From an uncultured Verrucomicrobiae bacterium (GTDB taxonomy: Bacteria; Verrucomicrobiota; Verrucomicrobiia; Limisphaerales; JAFGQR01), in contig CAWBHS010000007.1 in assembly GCA_963788655.1 (NCBI GenBank), forward strand, positions 32,001 to 96,000: a DNA stretch of 64,000 nt. Direction: 5' to 3'. The notes beneath the pieces were generated by a model. It saw only the letters and a program-made list of their open reading frames with translations. It was not told the DNA's origin and did not search any database. Below are positions 50,462 through 58,801 of this stretch, piece by piece. A program made the translations under genes and the position numbers. The stretch's first letter is position 1; the number at the start of each line of letters is the position of its first letter.

Positions 50462-52225
50462 TTAGCTGGATGGGTGGGCGGAGGGCACCTGGAAGGCCGC
50501 GGGATCGATGAGGTGGGTCCAACGTTCCTGCTCGGTGACGGGGATCAAGCCGGCTTGCACTTTGGGCCAACCCATTTCCCGGAGCGAGCGCCAGCCCAGT
50601 TGGCGGGCGGCGGCGCGCAATTGGCCGGTTTTCAAACCCGGCTGCATCATGTCCGCAATGGTTTCGTTCGGCAGGAAAAATTCGTAGAGGGCCACGCGGC
50701 CGCGGTGGCCTTTGTGGTTGCACTCGACGCAACCGCTGCCTTTCCAGGCTTTGACCTCCGACGGCGGCAGGTTGAGGGCGGCGGCCATTTCGTCGCGGAG
50801 CGACGCCGGCAGGTCGGGATCCGGTTGGGCGCAATGCCGGCAGATGCGCCGGGCCAGGCGCTGGGCGACACTGCACACGAGCGAAGAAGAAACGAGGTAC
50901 GGTTCGATCTTCATCTCCAACAAGCGGGTCACGGCGCTGATGCTGTCATTGGTGTGCAACGTGGAGAAAACCAAGTGCCCGGTTTGCGCGGCGCGCACGG
51001 CGATTTCGGCGGTTTCAGTGTCGCGAATTTCACCGATCAGCACCACGTCGGGATCGTGGCGCAGCACCGAGCGCAGCCCCGCGGAGAACGTCAGGCCGAT
51101 TTGCTCGCGCACATGAATCTGCACCACGCCGTCGAGTTGGTATTCCACCGGATCTTCGAAGGTGATGATTTTCCGGCTGTCGTCATTGGCCTGGGCCAGG
51201 GCGGCGTACAGGGTGGTGGTTTTGCCGCTGCCGGTGGGGCCGGTCAGCAGCACCAGTCCCTGAGGCAGGCGGGTGAGTTGGTTGAAGACGGCTTCCTGGT
51301 TGGGCTCCATGCCGAGTTGACCCAGGTCGAGGGAGAGGCTTTGGCGGCCCAGGATGCGCAGGCAAACAGCTTCCCCGTGTTTGGTGGGCACGACTGAAAC
51401 CCGCAGGTCGTATTCCTCGGCGCCGGTCTTCATGGCGATGCGGCCGTCTTGCGGGAGGCGTTTATCGGCGATGTTCAATCCCGCCATGATTTTGAGCCGC
51501 GATACCACCGCCGGATGGAGCGCGCGAATGTCCGGCGGCATGGGGACAGTTTCCAGCAGGCCATCGACCCGGTAGCGCAAGCGGGTGGAACCGGGATAAG
51601 GTTCGAGGTGAATATCAGTGGCATTGAGCCGCAACGCTTCCTGGAGGATCTGGTCCACGAATCCGGCAATGGTCGCTTCGAGGGCGGAGTCGGTTTCCTT
51701 GCCTTGAACGTCGAAGACGATTTCCTGGGTGATGTCCGTGTCGCCGCGCTCGGCCCGCAGCCGCTGCACGGTTTCGGCGCCCAGGCCGAAATGCTTTTTG
51801 ATAATGGCGTGAATGGCGCTGGGCGTGGCGAGGACTATCTTCAGAGGCTTGCCCAGCAACAACCGCAGGTTGCCTTGTTCCATGGGCCGGGGCGGTTCGC
51901 TGAAGGCCAGGGTTAGCCCGGCTTCGTTCGCCCCCAGCGGCAGCATCCGGTAGTGGAAGATGAACTTGATGGGCACCAGTTCCAGGGTTTCGCGCGGCAC
52001 GTTGAGCGCCAGCGGGTCCACGAATTCCAGGTGGTGTACCGCCGCCAGCGCCCGGTAGGTGTCTTCCTCGGAGGCAAAATTCAAATCCACAATGGCCCGG
52101 TGGTGCGGGAGGTCCAACCGCTGTTGGCGGCGGCGCACCTGTTCCAATTGCGCGGGAGTCAGCTTGCCTTGGGCCAACAGCAGGTCGCCGGCTTCCTGGG
52201 AGGCAAAATTGTTTTCGGTATTCAT
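50462..52225 (-). CDS. gspE: GspE/PulE/PilB-family secretion ATPase
   Basis: ATDIHLEP, RLPQDGRI, GPTGSGKTTTL, EDPVEY, LRHDPDVVLIGEIRD, TGHLVFSTLHTND, CxxC...CxxC zinc motif. Confidence 0.93.
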   Translation of the reverse strand: MNTENNFASQEAGDLLLAQGKLTPAQLEQVRRRQQRLDLPHHRAIVDLNFASEEDTYRALAAVHHLEFVDPLALNVPRETLELVPIKFIFHYRMLPLGANEAGLTLAFSEPPRPMEQGNLRLLLGKPLKIVLATPSAIHAIIKKHFGLGAETVQRLRAERGDTDITQEIVFDVQGKETDSALEATIAGFVDQILQEALRLNATDIHLEPYPGSTRLRYRVDGLLETVPMPPDIRALHPAVVSRLKIMAGLNIADKRLPQDGRIAMKTGAEEYDLRVSVVPTKHGEAVCLRILGRQSLSLDLGQLGMEPNQEAVFNQLTRLPQGLVLLTGPTGSGKTTTLYAALAQANDDSRKIITFEDPVEYQLDGVVQIHVREQIGLTFSAGLRSVLRHDPDVVLIGEIRDTETAEIAVRAAQTGHLVFSTLHTNDSISAVTRLLEMKIEPYLVSSSLVCSVAQRLARRICRHCAQPDPDLPASLRDEMAAALNLPPSEVKAWKGSGCVECNHKGHRGRVALYEFFLPNETIADMMQPGLKTGQLRAAARQLGWRSLREMGWPKVQAGLIPVTEQERWTHLIDPAAFQVPSAHPSS

Positions 52226-52740
52226 GGGGCCGGCACCTCGAGGGGCTGGGTCTTGTTGAAGGGAATGGTGTTCGTTTGCCCAGCGGCATTGGTCAGCACC
52301 ACCGCTTGCTGCGACAGGGCGGCGATCAACCAGTGGCCCGCCGCGGGACTGCCGGTCGGGCCGGTGACCGTTTTGCCGTCCACGGTCAGGAACGCTTGCG
52401 GGGGCGCCTCACCGGTTTGGTAGAAACCGTGATAGGTCGCCGAGATTTGTTTCGTGGTGGGCGGCGGCGGGGGGGGCACGACCGGCGGAATGAAGTGGCG
52501 GGTGTAAAATGCGTTTTCCAGGTTGGTGGCGCCCAAATGATCCGGCCACAGCGCGGCGGCAAAGAGGTTGGTGACGCCGGCGATAGGCACGGGACTGCGG
52601 GCCGGGCGGGCGGGTGCTTCCGCTTCGCCGAACTGCGGCGGCCGGTTGGCCAGGCCGACCAGCGTGACCGCCAACAACAGCCAGAGCCCGCCGTGCATCG
52701 CCAGGGCGAAGGCTCGGCTGCGCAGGAGAGCGGTTAACAT
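52222..52740 (-). CDS. Bitopic membrane protein of the T2SS/T4P-like operon (PilP/GspC position)
   Basis: N-terminal TM helix, Pro-rich linker, C-terminal beta domain; overlaps the gspE start. Confidence 0.6.
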   Translation of the reverse strand: MLTALLRSRAFALAMHGGLWLLLAVTLVGLANRPPQFGEAEAPARPARSPVPIAGVTNLFAAALWPDHLGATNLENAFYTRHFIPPVVPPPPPPTTKQISATYHGFYQTGEAPPQAFLTVDGKTVTGPTGSPAAGHWLIAALSQQAVVLTNAAGQTNTIPFNKTQPLEVPAP

Positions 52741-52756
52741 GGTGGTCGGCACGTTC

Positions 52757-53605
52757 CTAATGGGACGGGTAAATCCCTTCGTCCTCCCGCGGCACAAAGC
52801 CGGTGACCTGGAGCGACAAGGATACCTCGTCCGGTTGTCCGGGAGCATGTTTGAGCATGAGCAGCCGGTCAATGAACAAAGGCGGCTTGCTCGCCGCGGC
52901 TTCGGGCAGTCCGGCCGCTTTGAGTTCCTCGGCCCGCAGGGGCAGGCTGCGCAGAAACCGCGTGACGTTGGTCATGCTGCCGGTCAATTCAAGATCGAGC
53001 GGGACGGCAATCAACTTCCGCGTCGATTCCGCGCGGGCCGGTTCGGTGCGCCGGGAGGAAACTCGGAGCGCGTGAACCGCGGTGACTTGATTGTCAACGG
53101 CCGTGGTCAGCAGGTGATGAAGCAACTCGAGCTTGGCCCACAACAGCCAGGGATTCTTGACATCCGCGGTGTGTTCCGGAAACCCAGCCAGAACGGCGGG
53201 TTCGAGTTTGACCTTGTGCTTCGCCGCCAGCCGGCCGAGGTCGTCCATTTCGATCTGGCGTTCATATTGATAATCGACAAGTTGAAACTGCGCCCGCATG
53301 CGCGCCTGCACGTCGGCGCTGAGTTGGAGACGTTGGCCGGCTTGGTGAACGGTGGCTTGCAGCGCGGCCAGCGACTGCTCAGTTTGCTGCAACTGATGGG
53401 CAATCGCCGGCGCATCCAGCACCGGCAGGTTGGTCTTGCCCAGCGCAAAGGCCAGATCCCGGCCGGTCTGTTCCAGCGGTTGGTCCAGCTCGGCGGAGCG
53501 GTGTCCCAAGGGCAGGAAGACCAGGAAATAGTACGCCGCCAATCCCAGGGTGATCAAGGGAATGAGGAACCGGCGGCGGCGTTCGGGAATGCGGAAAAAG
53601 ATCAT
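52757..53605 (-). CDS. PilO/GspM-like assembly protein
   Basis: N-terminal TM helix (LITLGLAAYYFLVFLPL), coiled coil, C-terminal LDLELTGSM..VTRFL ferredoxin-like motif. Confidence 0.6.
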   Translation of the reverse strand: MIFFRIPERRRRFLIPLITLGLAAYYFLVFLPLGHRSAELDQPLEQTGRDLAFALGKTNLPVLDAPAIAHQLQQTEQSLAALQATVHQAGQRLQLSADVQARMRAQFQLVDYQYERQIEMDDLGRLAAKHKVKLEPAVLAGFPEHTADVKNPWLLWAKLELLHHLLTTAVDNQVTAVHALRVSSRRTEPARAESTRKLIAVPLDLELTGSMTNVTRFLRSLPLRAEELKAAGLPEAAASKPPLFIDRLLMLKHAPGQPDEVSLSLQVTGFVPREDEGIYPSH

Positions 53606-53606
53606 G

Positions 53607-55521
53607 CTAACGGGCCGATTCGGGGTTGAACTCGCTGAACATGTCCGTTGGCGAATTGGCCGCGGGCGACGGGGCCCGGTTGACGGCGTTCCCGGCTCCG
53701 CGGCCGGGCCGGGTGGACAGGGGAATGGGGTGCCGAAAATCCGGCTCGGCCAGTTCCAGGGCCAGGGCAAAGTGCCGGCCGGGCAACACCACGTTGGTGT
53801 CCGCCAGACTGCGCCGCAAATCGCGGGAAAGGGAATCGACTTTGGCGAACAAGGCATTGGACTTAATTTCGCTGACCAATTGGCTGAAGGTGCGACGCGC
53901 TGCGTCCGCGTCCTCGGGAATGCACAACTCGGCGATGAATCCCGGCTTGGCCGGATTGGCGTTGGTGGCCGGGCCGGTCAGCGAGGTCAATTGAAAATTG
54001 GTGAACAGGGGGGCCGGCGCATTCGTGGCCGCCGCGGCGGCATTGGTGGCCGGCGCCGTTATGGGCGGGGCCGGCAGCGGCTGGGTGAAATAGGTTTGCT
54101 GGTCGGCGAACAGCACATACCAGAAGCTGCGGTTGCTCCGGGACGTTTCGAGCAAGGCGAGGGTGCGCAGGGTGTCCAAGGTCATTTTCTGGCGGGCAAA
54201 CAAGGGACGCCAATTGTCATATTGGGTGATCAATTTGGCGGTGGCCAAATGGTTGTCGCGGGTTTGTTCGAGGCTGGTGCGCGCCTGGTTCAGCAACGCC
54301 TCCTTGTGATTCCAGGTCCGCCACTTTTGCCAGGTGCCGACGGCCAGGAGCAGGAAGATCACGATCACCAGCGCGTAGCTGCCGCAATCGATCCATTGGC
54401 GCGTCAACCGCTTTTTCCAGGCGGCGCGCACGTCGGCCGGCAGGAGGGAAACCCGTTGCGGGATTCGGTGCAGCGCTTGCAGGGCGGTACCGTAGGCCAC
54501 TTCGTAGCCGCGGGCCGGATGGTCGGTGGGCGTGACGCCGGTTATGGGCCAGCGTTCAAACGGCAAACGGCTGCGTTCCTGGAGATATTCCAACAAGCCC
54601 GGTTGATCGAGGGCGCTGCCGCCGGCAATGATGCGGAAGCCCGCCAACTTGCGGTTCGCGCCGGCGGAGGACTCGAACCAGTCGTTCAACTGGTGCATCA
54701 ACTGCGACAACCAGGCGTCCACACGCGGCAGGAATCCCGGCAGCGCGTCCGATCCGTGGAACAGGTTCTTGGCGCGCTTGAGGGATTCGGCCGCTTCGGG
54801 CGAACATTGCTTTTCCTGGGCGATCGCGCGGGTGAAATAATCGCCGCCGGTGGCGAAGCTGCTGGCCAGCACGCCCTGACCGCCGACGAGAATCACCACG
54901 ACCGTGTTTTGCGCGCCGCTGTGGACCAGGATCGCCTCGCGGGTGTCCGGGCACGTGGCGTGGAATGCCGCGAGCAGGGCATTGGCCGTGGTGGTGACTT
55001 CGCACAGTTCCTCGGGCGGCAGGCCCAGCGTCTCGATATGGCCACGGACTTCGCTCTCCAGGCAGAGCGTTACCCAGAATTGTTGCCGGTTGGCCACCGG
55101 TGAACGGAGCTGGATGAAATCGGTACAGCAACGCGCTTTCGCTGACGCCGCTGAGCTTCTGGACTTCCGCTTCGATCTGGGAACGGACCTCGGCGTCCGG
55201 CACGTTGGGCAGTTCCAGCACCTGCGAGGTGGAAAGGTGCTGAGGCAGGGTCAGGGCGATGGGCGGCCGGCCCAGGCGGTCCAGAATGCTTTGCAATTGA
55301 CGGGCGAAGGTGGGGGCGGATTCCGACGCTCCCGGCTCCACATCCAACGATTGCTCGGCGAGCACCCGCACCCGGCCAAGCGACGTTTCGACCAACGCCA
55401 GTTTGGTGGTGCGGCTGCCAATATCGAGCGCCAGTACGCGGCGGAACGGCGGTTCCAGCACCCCGTGACTGCGATTGGGGAATGGGGCCGGCGCGTCAGT
55501 CTTTGCTGGCTTTCTCATCAT
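53607..55521 (-). CDS. pilM: PilM-PilN fusion (GspL-like architecture); +1 frameshift near 55122
   Basis: VLALDIGSRTTKLA, GGDYFTRAIA...AESLKR, IAGGSA (actin-like PilM); then VSLLP + TM helix + periplasmic region (PilN-like). Confidence 0.75.
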
Positions 55522-57496
55522 TGTAAATGAGGAACTCCCCGGTGTCCGTGAGGATGGTGGCGGTGACAAAAATGAGCAGGTAGCGCGGCTGGTCCACTTC
55601 CGTGCGCCGGCGGAACAACGCGCCCAGCAACGGAATGTCACCCAGGATCGGTACGGATTCGACGAACGTGCTGCGCGAGCGTTCGAGCACCCCGCCCATG
55701 ACCACAGTGTCGCCCGAGTTCACGACGACGCGCGTGGCCAGTTCCTGGGTGCGGTACTGGGGCAGTTTGATGTCGAATTTGCTCTGAACGTTGCCCGACT
55801 GATCGAACGAGGTCAGGCTGGCGTAAGTCTGGACTTGCACGTCCGAGTTGATCTTCGGATTCAGTGCCAGCAGGATGTGTTGACCGTCGCCACTAATGCT
55901 GGCGAGCACGTTAAGTTCCGCGCCGGCAGTGATCTTGGTCGGCTTGCCGGAGGGCACCCAGGAGGAGGACGTGACATATTGTCCGACGGTATTCTGCACC
56001 TGGTATTCTTCGTAGTAGTACTGCACCTTGCCATCACTGATGGTGGCGGGGCGGTTGTTCAGCACGGTGAGGCGCGGCGCGCTGAGGGTTTGGCTTTCGC
56101 CCATCTGCTCGAGCGCGCTGATGGTCACGCTCAGGCCGGCGCGCCCGAGCACGTTGGTGAAGGTTTCCTGAAGGCCGATCCCCAGATTGTCGATGTCCTG
56201 GCTGTTGACCAGACCGGTGTAATCCTGCGGCGTGCGGGTGCCGGGCACTTGCCGGCCGGTTTCCCACAACGCCCCCAGCCGCAGAAAGGCGGGTTTGGAA
56301 ATGGTGATAAAGCGCGACTCGATCAACACCTGCTGGATGGGTTGGTCAAACTCCTTGATAATCTGCTCCAGTACTTCCAATTGTTCGGGCGTGCCGCGAG
56401 CGACAATCAGATTGTGTTCGTAGTCGATCATGTATTTGCCCGTAAACAGATTGGTGATGGCCGTTTCGATGGCGGGTTGGGGCGGCGCATTGTCATTGAC
56501 GAACTTGTCGAACTGTTCCGTTTCCGTAATGGTTTGGACTTTGCCCGACACCAATGTTTTTTGGCGGGTAATTTCCGACGTGCCAAATTCGGCGGGCATA
56601 ACGAAGCCCTTCCGCAAGCGGTAGAACCGGGTTTCCTCCATCAGGTTCTTGGTATCCTTGGCATCGACCACCCAAACCAGTTCGGGGCCGATCTGGAATT
56701 GGAGTTCATAGTTGCGCCCCAGATAGCGCAGGAATTCACCGAGCTTGACCTTGTCCAGGTTCACCTGGAGGACTTGTTTGAGCGCCGGCAGCGACTTGTC
56801 CGCCACGAAATTGACGCCGGATGATTGGGTGAGGTGCTGGAGGAGCGCCTCCATGGTGACGTTGTCCAGGTGAATGGTGACCTCCTTGTCGAGCACCTGG
56901 GCCATCCGGCCTTTGGCGCTTTCGAATTCAAACAGCGGTCCCTTGGCGTAATTGGTCTTGCCGTAACTTTCGGGAATGTAGCGGGAGTTTTCGATTTTTT
57001 GCACCGCGTCCCGGATGTCTTTGCGGGCTGGCAGGCCACGGTCTTTCTTTTCGGTCAACAGACTGCCAATCGTGGGATTGAAGGCCTTGTTGTTCTGGGC
57101 GTCAATGTTGCGGATTTCATCTTCGAGATTCTGTTCGCGCTGCACTTGGCGCTGCTTGGCCACCCAGTCAGCCAGGCGCTGGATGGCCACGTCGTTGGTC
57201 GCTTCCTTGGCCAGTTTGTCGGCCTTGTATTGGGCTTCCTCCCATTCGCTCTTCTTGGCCAGGGCAAAGATCTCCTTGATCTGCGGATCGTACAACGGGT
57301 TATACAGCACCTTCGGCGGCGTGTATTCGGCGGCGGTGGGCGCGGCGGGGGTGGGTTGAGCGGGTACGGCCTGGGCTGCGGGGTGGGGGTGGGTTGGGGC
57401 GCTTTCTCTGGGCTGCTCGACACTGTAGCAGGCGGCCAGCCATAGCACCGCGGCCACACTGGCCAAGTTCATTAGAAATCGTGTCAGTCTATCCAT
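55496..57496 (-). CDS. gspD: Secretin, GspD/PilQ family, with a possible lipoprotein signal
   Basis: LAAC lipobox, QVLIESRFI, LSAPRLTVLNNRPATI, VVMGG, VPILGDIPLLGALFR, LLIFVTATI. Confidence 0.92.
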   Translation of the reverse strand: MDRLTRFLMNLASVAAVLWLAACYSVEQPRESAPTHPHPAAQAVPAQPTPAAPTAAEYTPPKVLYNPLYDPQIKEIFALAKKSEWEEAQYKADKLAKEATNDVAIQRLADWVAKQRQVQREQNLEDEIRNIDAQNNKAFNPTIGSLLTEKKDRGLPARKDIRDAVQKIENSRYIPESYGKTNYAKGPLFEFESAKGRMAQVLDKEVTIHLDNVTMEALLQHLTQSSGVNFVADKSLPALKQVLQVNLDKVKLGEFLRYLGRNYELQFQIGPELVWVVDAKDTKNLMEETRFYRLRKGFVMPAEFGTSEITRQKTLVSGKVQTITETEQFDKFVNDNAPPQPAIETAITNLFTGKYMIDYEHNLIVARGTPEQLEVLEQIIKEFDQPIQQVLIESRFITISKPAFLRLGALWETGRQVPGTRTPQDYTGLVNSQDIDNLGIGLQETFTNVLGRAGLSVTISALEQMGESQTLSAPRLTVLNNRPATISDGKVQYYYEEYQVQNTVGQYVTSSSWVPSGKPTKITAGAELNVLASISGDGQHILLALNPKINSDVQVQTYASLTSFDQSGNVQSKFDIKLPQYRTQELATRVVVNSGDTVVMGGVLERSRSTFVESVPILGDIPLLGALFRRRTEVDQPRYLLIFVTATILTDTGEFLIYNDEKASKD

Positions 57497-57911
57497 AAAC
57501 GCATGACGTTATCGAGTTCGCGCGGTTGCACCTGCTGCGGAGATTCGGAAACGCGGCCCGGTGGCTCGCCTCCCGCCGCCGGGTCCACGCTGCCCCCGGA
57601 CTTCGTTTGCCCGCAACCGGCAGCGACTCAGTGGAAAACCACCGTGGCTTGGGCCGGCGCTGGGGGCAAGGTTGTCACAATTGCCCCCGGCAAACAAGCC
57701 GGGGTTTTGACCGGCCCAGCTTGCCGGCCCGGCCAAACCCGCTACGTTGAGCGTGGCAAAACATGTTCCAAAGAGTCGAGCAAAATGAACGGACGATTGA
57801 AAACGATTGGCTTTATTTTCGCTTACGCCGATACCATGGCGATCATTAAATCGGTTTCTAATGGCGAAGGCCCATACAAATCCGGCCCCGACCGGTGTTA
57901 ATTGAGTAGAA

Positions 57912-58463
57912 TTGAAGACCGCGCTGCCAGTGCATTGGTGCGAACGGCTGTATGAAGATCATGCCGCCGAAATGCTCCTCTATGGCCGGGCCCTGGGCCT
58001 GAGCCATGGCGAGGCGGAGGACGTGTTGCACGATACCTTCGCGCGCCTGGTGCAACGGGAGCAGCCACCGGCCCAGCCGCTGGGGTATTGCCTGCGCAGT
58101 TTCCGCAACCGGGCGCTGAACTATCGCCGGGGACTGTGGCGGCGGTTGCGGCGGGAACTCGAGTCGTGCCGGTGGTTCGAGCGGTCTGCGGGCGAAACCC
58201 CGGAAGAACGCGCTGCCATGCGGGCGCTGGCCCGGCTGCCCGCGGAGCAGCGCGAGGTCATTGTGCTGAAAATCTGGCACGAACGGACGTACGAACAGAT
58301 CGGCGAACTGCTCGAGTTGTCGCCGAACACCGCGGCGGGCCGCTACCGCTACGGGATGCAAAAGCTACGAACCATGTTGAATGGAGCCGATTATGAACAA
58401 CTGGAATCCCTTGGAGACGCAAATGAAGTCCTGGAAATTGCGGCGCCCCTCCGCTCGACTTAA
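57912..58463 (+). CDS. ECF (sigma-70 group 4) RNA polymerase sigma factor; start may be GTG 57930
   Basis: AEDVLHDTF, FRNRALN, LARLPAEQREVIVLKIW..TYEQIGELL..SPNTAAGRYRYG. Confidence 0.9.
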   Translation: MKTALPVHWCERLYEDHAAEMLLYGRALGLSHGEAEDVLHDTFARLVQREQPPAQPLGYCLRSFRNRALNYRRGLWRRLRRELESCRWFERSAGETPEERAAMRALARLPAEQREVIVLKIWHERTYEQIGELLELSPNTAAGRYRYGMQKLRTMLNGADYEQLESLGDANEVLEIAAPLRST

Positions 58464-58798
58464 GGCGCGGCTGTTTCCCTCACCGGCCGCTATCGCCGAG
58501 TGCGATGTTCCATTGCTGGCCGCCCGTCACTGGCTGGCGCCAGCATTGGGCGTCTGCCTGCTGGCCTTGCTGATGGTCCACAGCAGTTCTTCCCAATGGA
58601 CCGGCTGGGGCAGCGCCCAATCCAGTAACCTGCTGGCGACGGTGGCGTTAAACCAACCGCTGCTGGCGCGGTGACTATGCGCCGACGTTGCAGCACGACC
58701 GTAATACCTGGCCGAAAGCCAGTTTTGAATGGACAAACGACAGCCATGCGCTAACAAGTGCGGCTCCGTCAGTCAATATCAGTGATGTCCGACGATAA
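58393..58798 (+). CDS. Putative membrane anti-sigma factor; apparent +1 frameshift near 58669
   Basis: LETQMKSWKLRRPSARLKARLF plus one TM helix. As written it stops at 58674; removing one base extends it through ...RNTWPKASFEWTN... to TAA 58798, 3 nt before the next ATG. Confidence 0.55.
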
Positions 58799-58801
58799 CG
58801 A

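Noticed and set aside
57497..57911. Small ORFs between the secretin and the ECF sigma gene
   Set aside because: The translations are not protein-like; the region is more plausibly a divergent promoter region.
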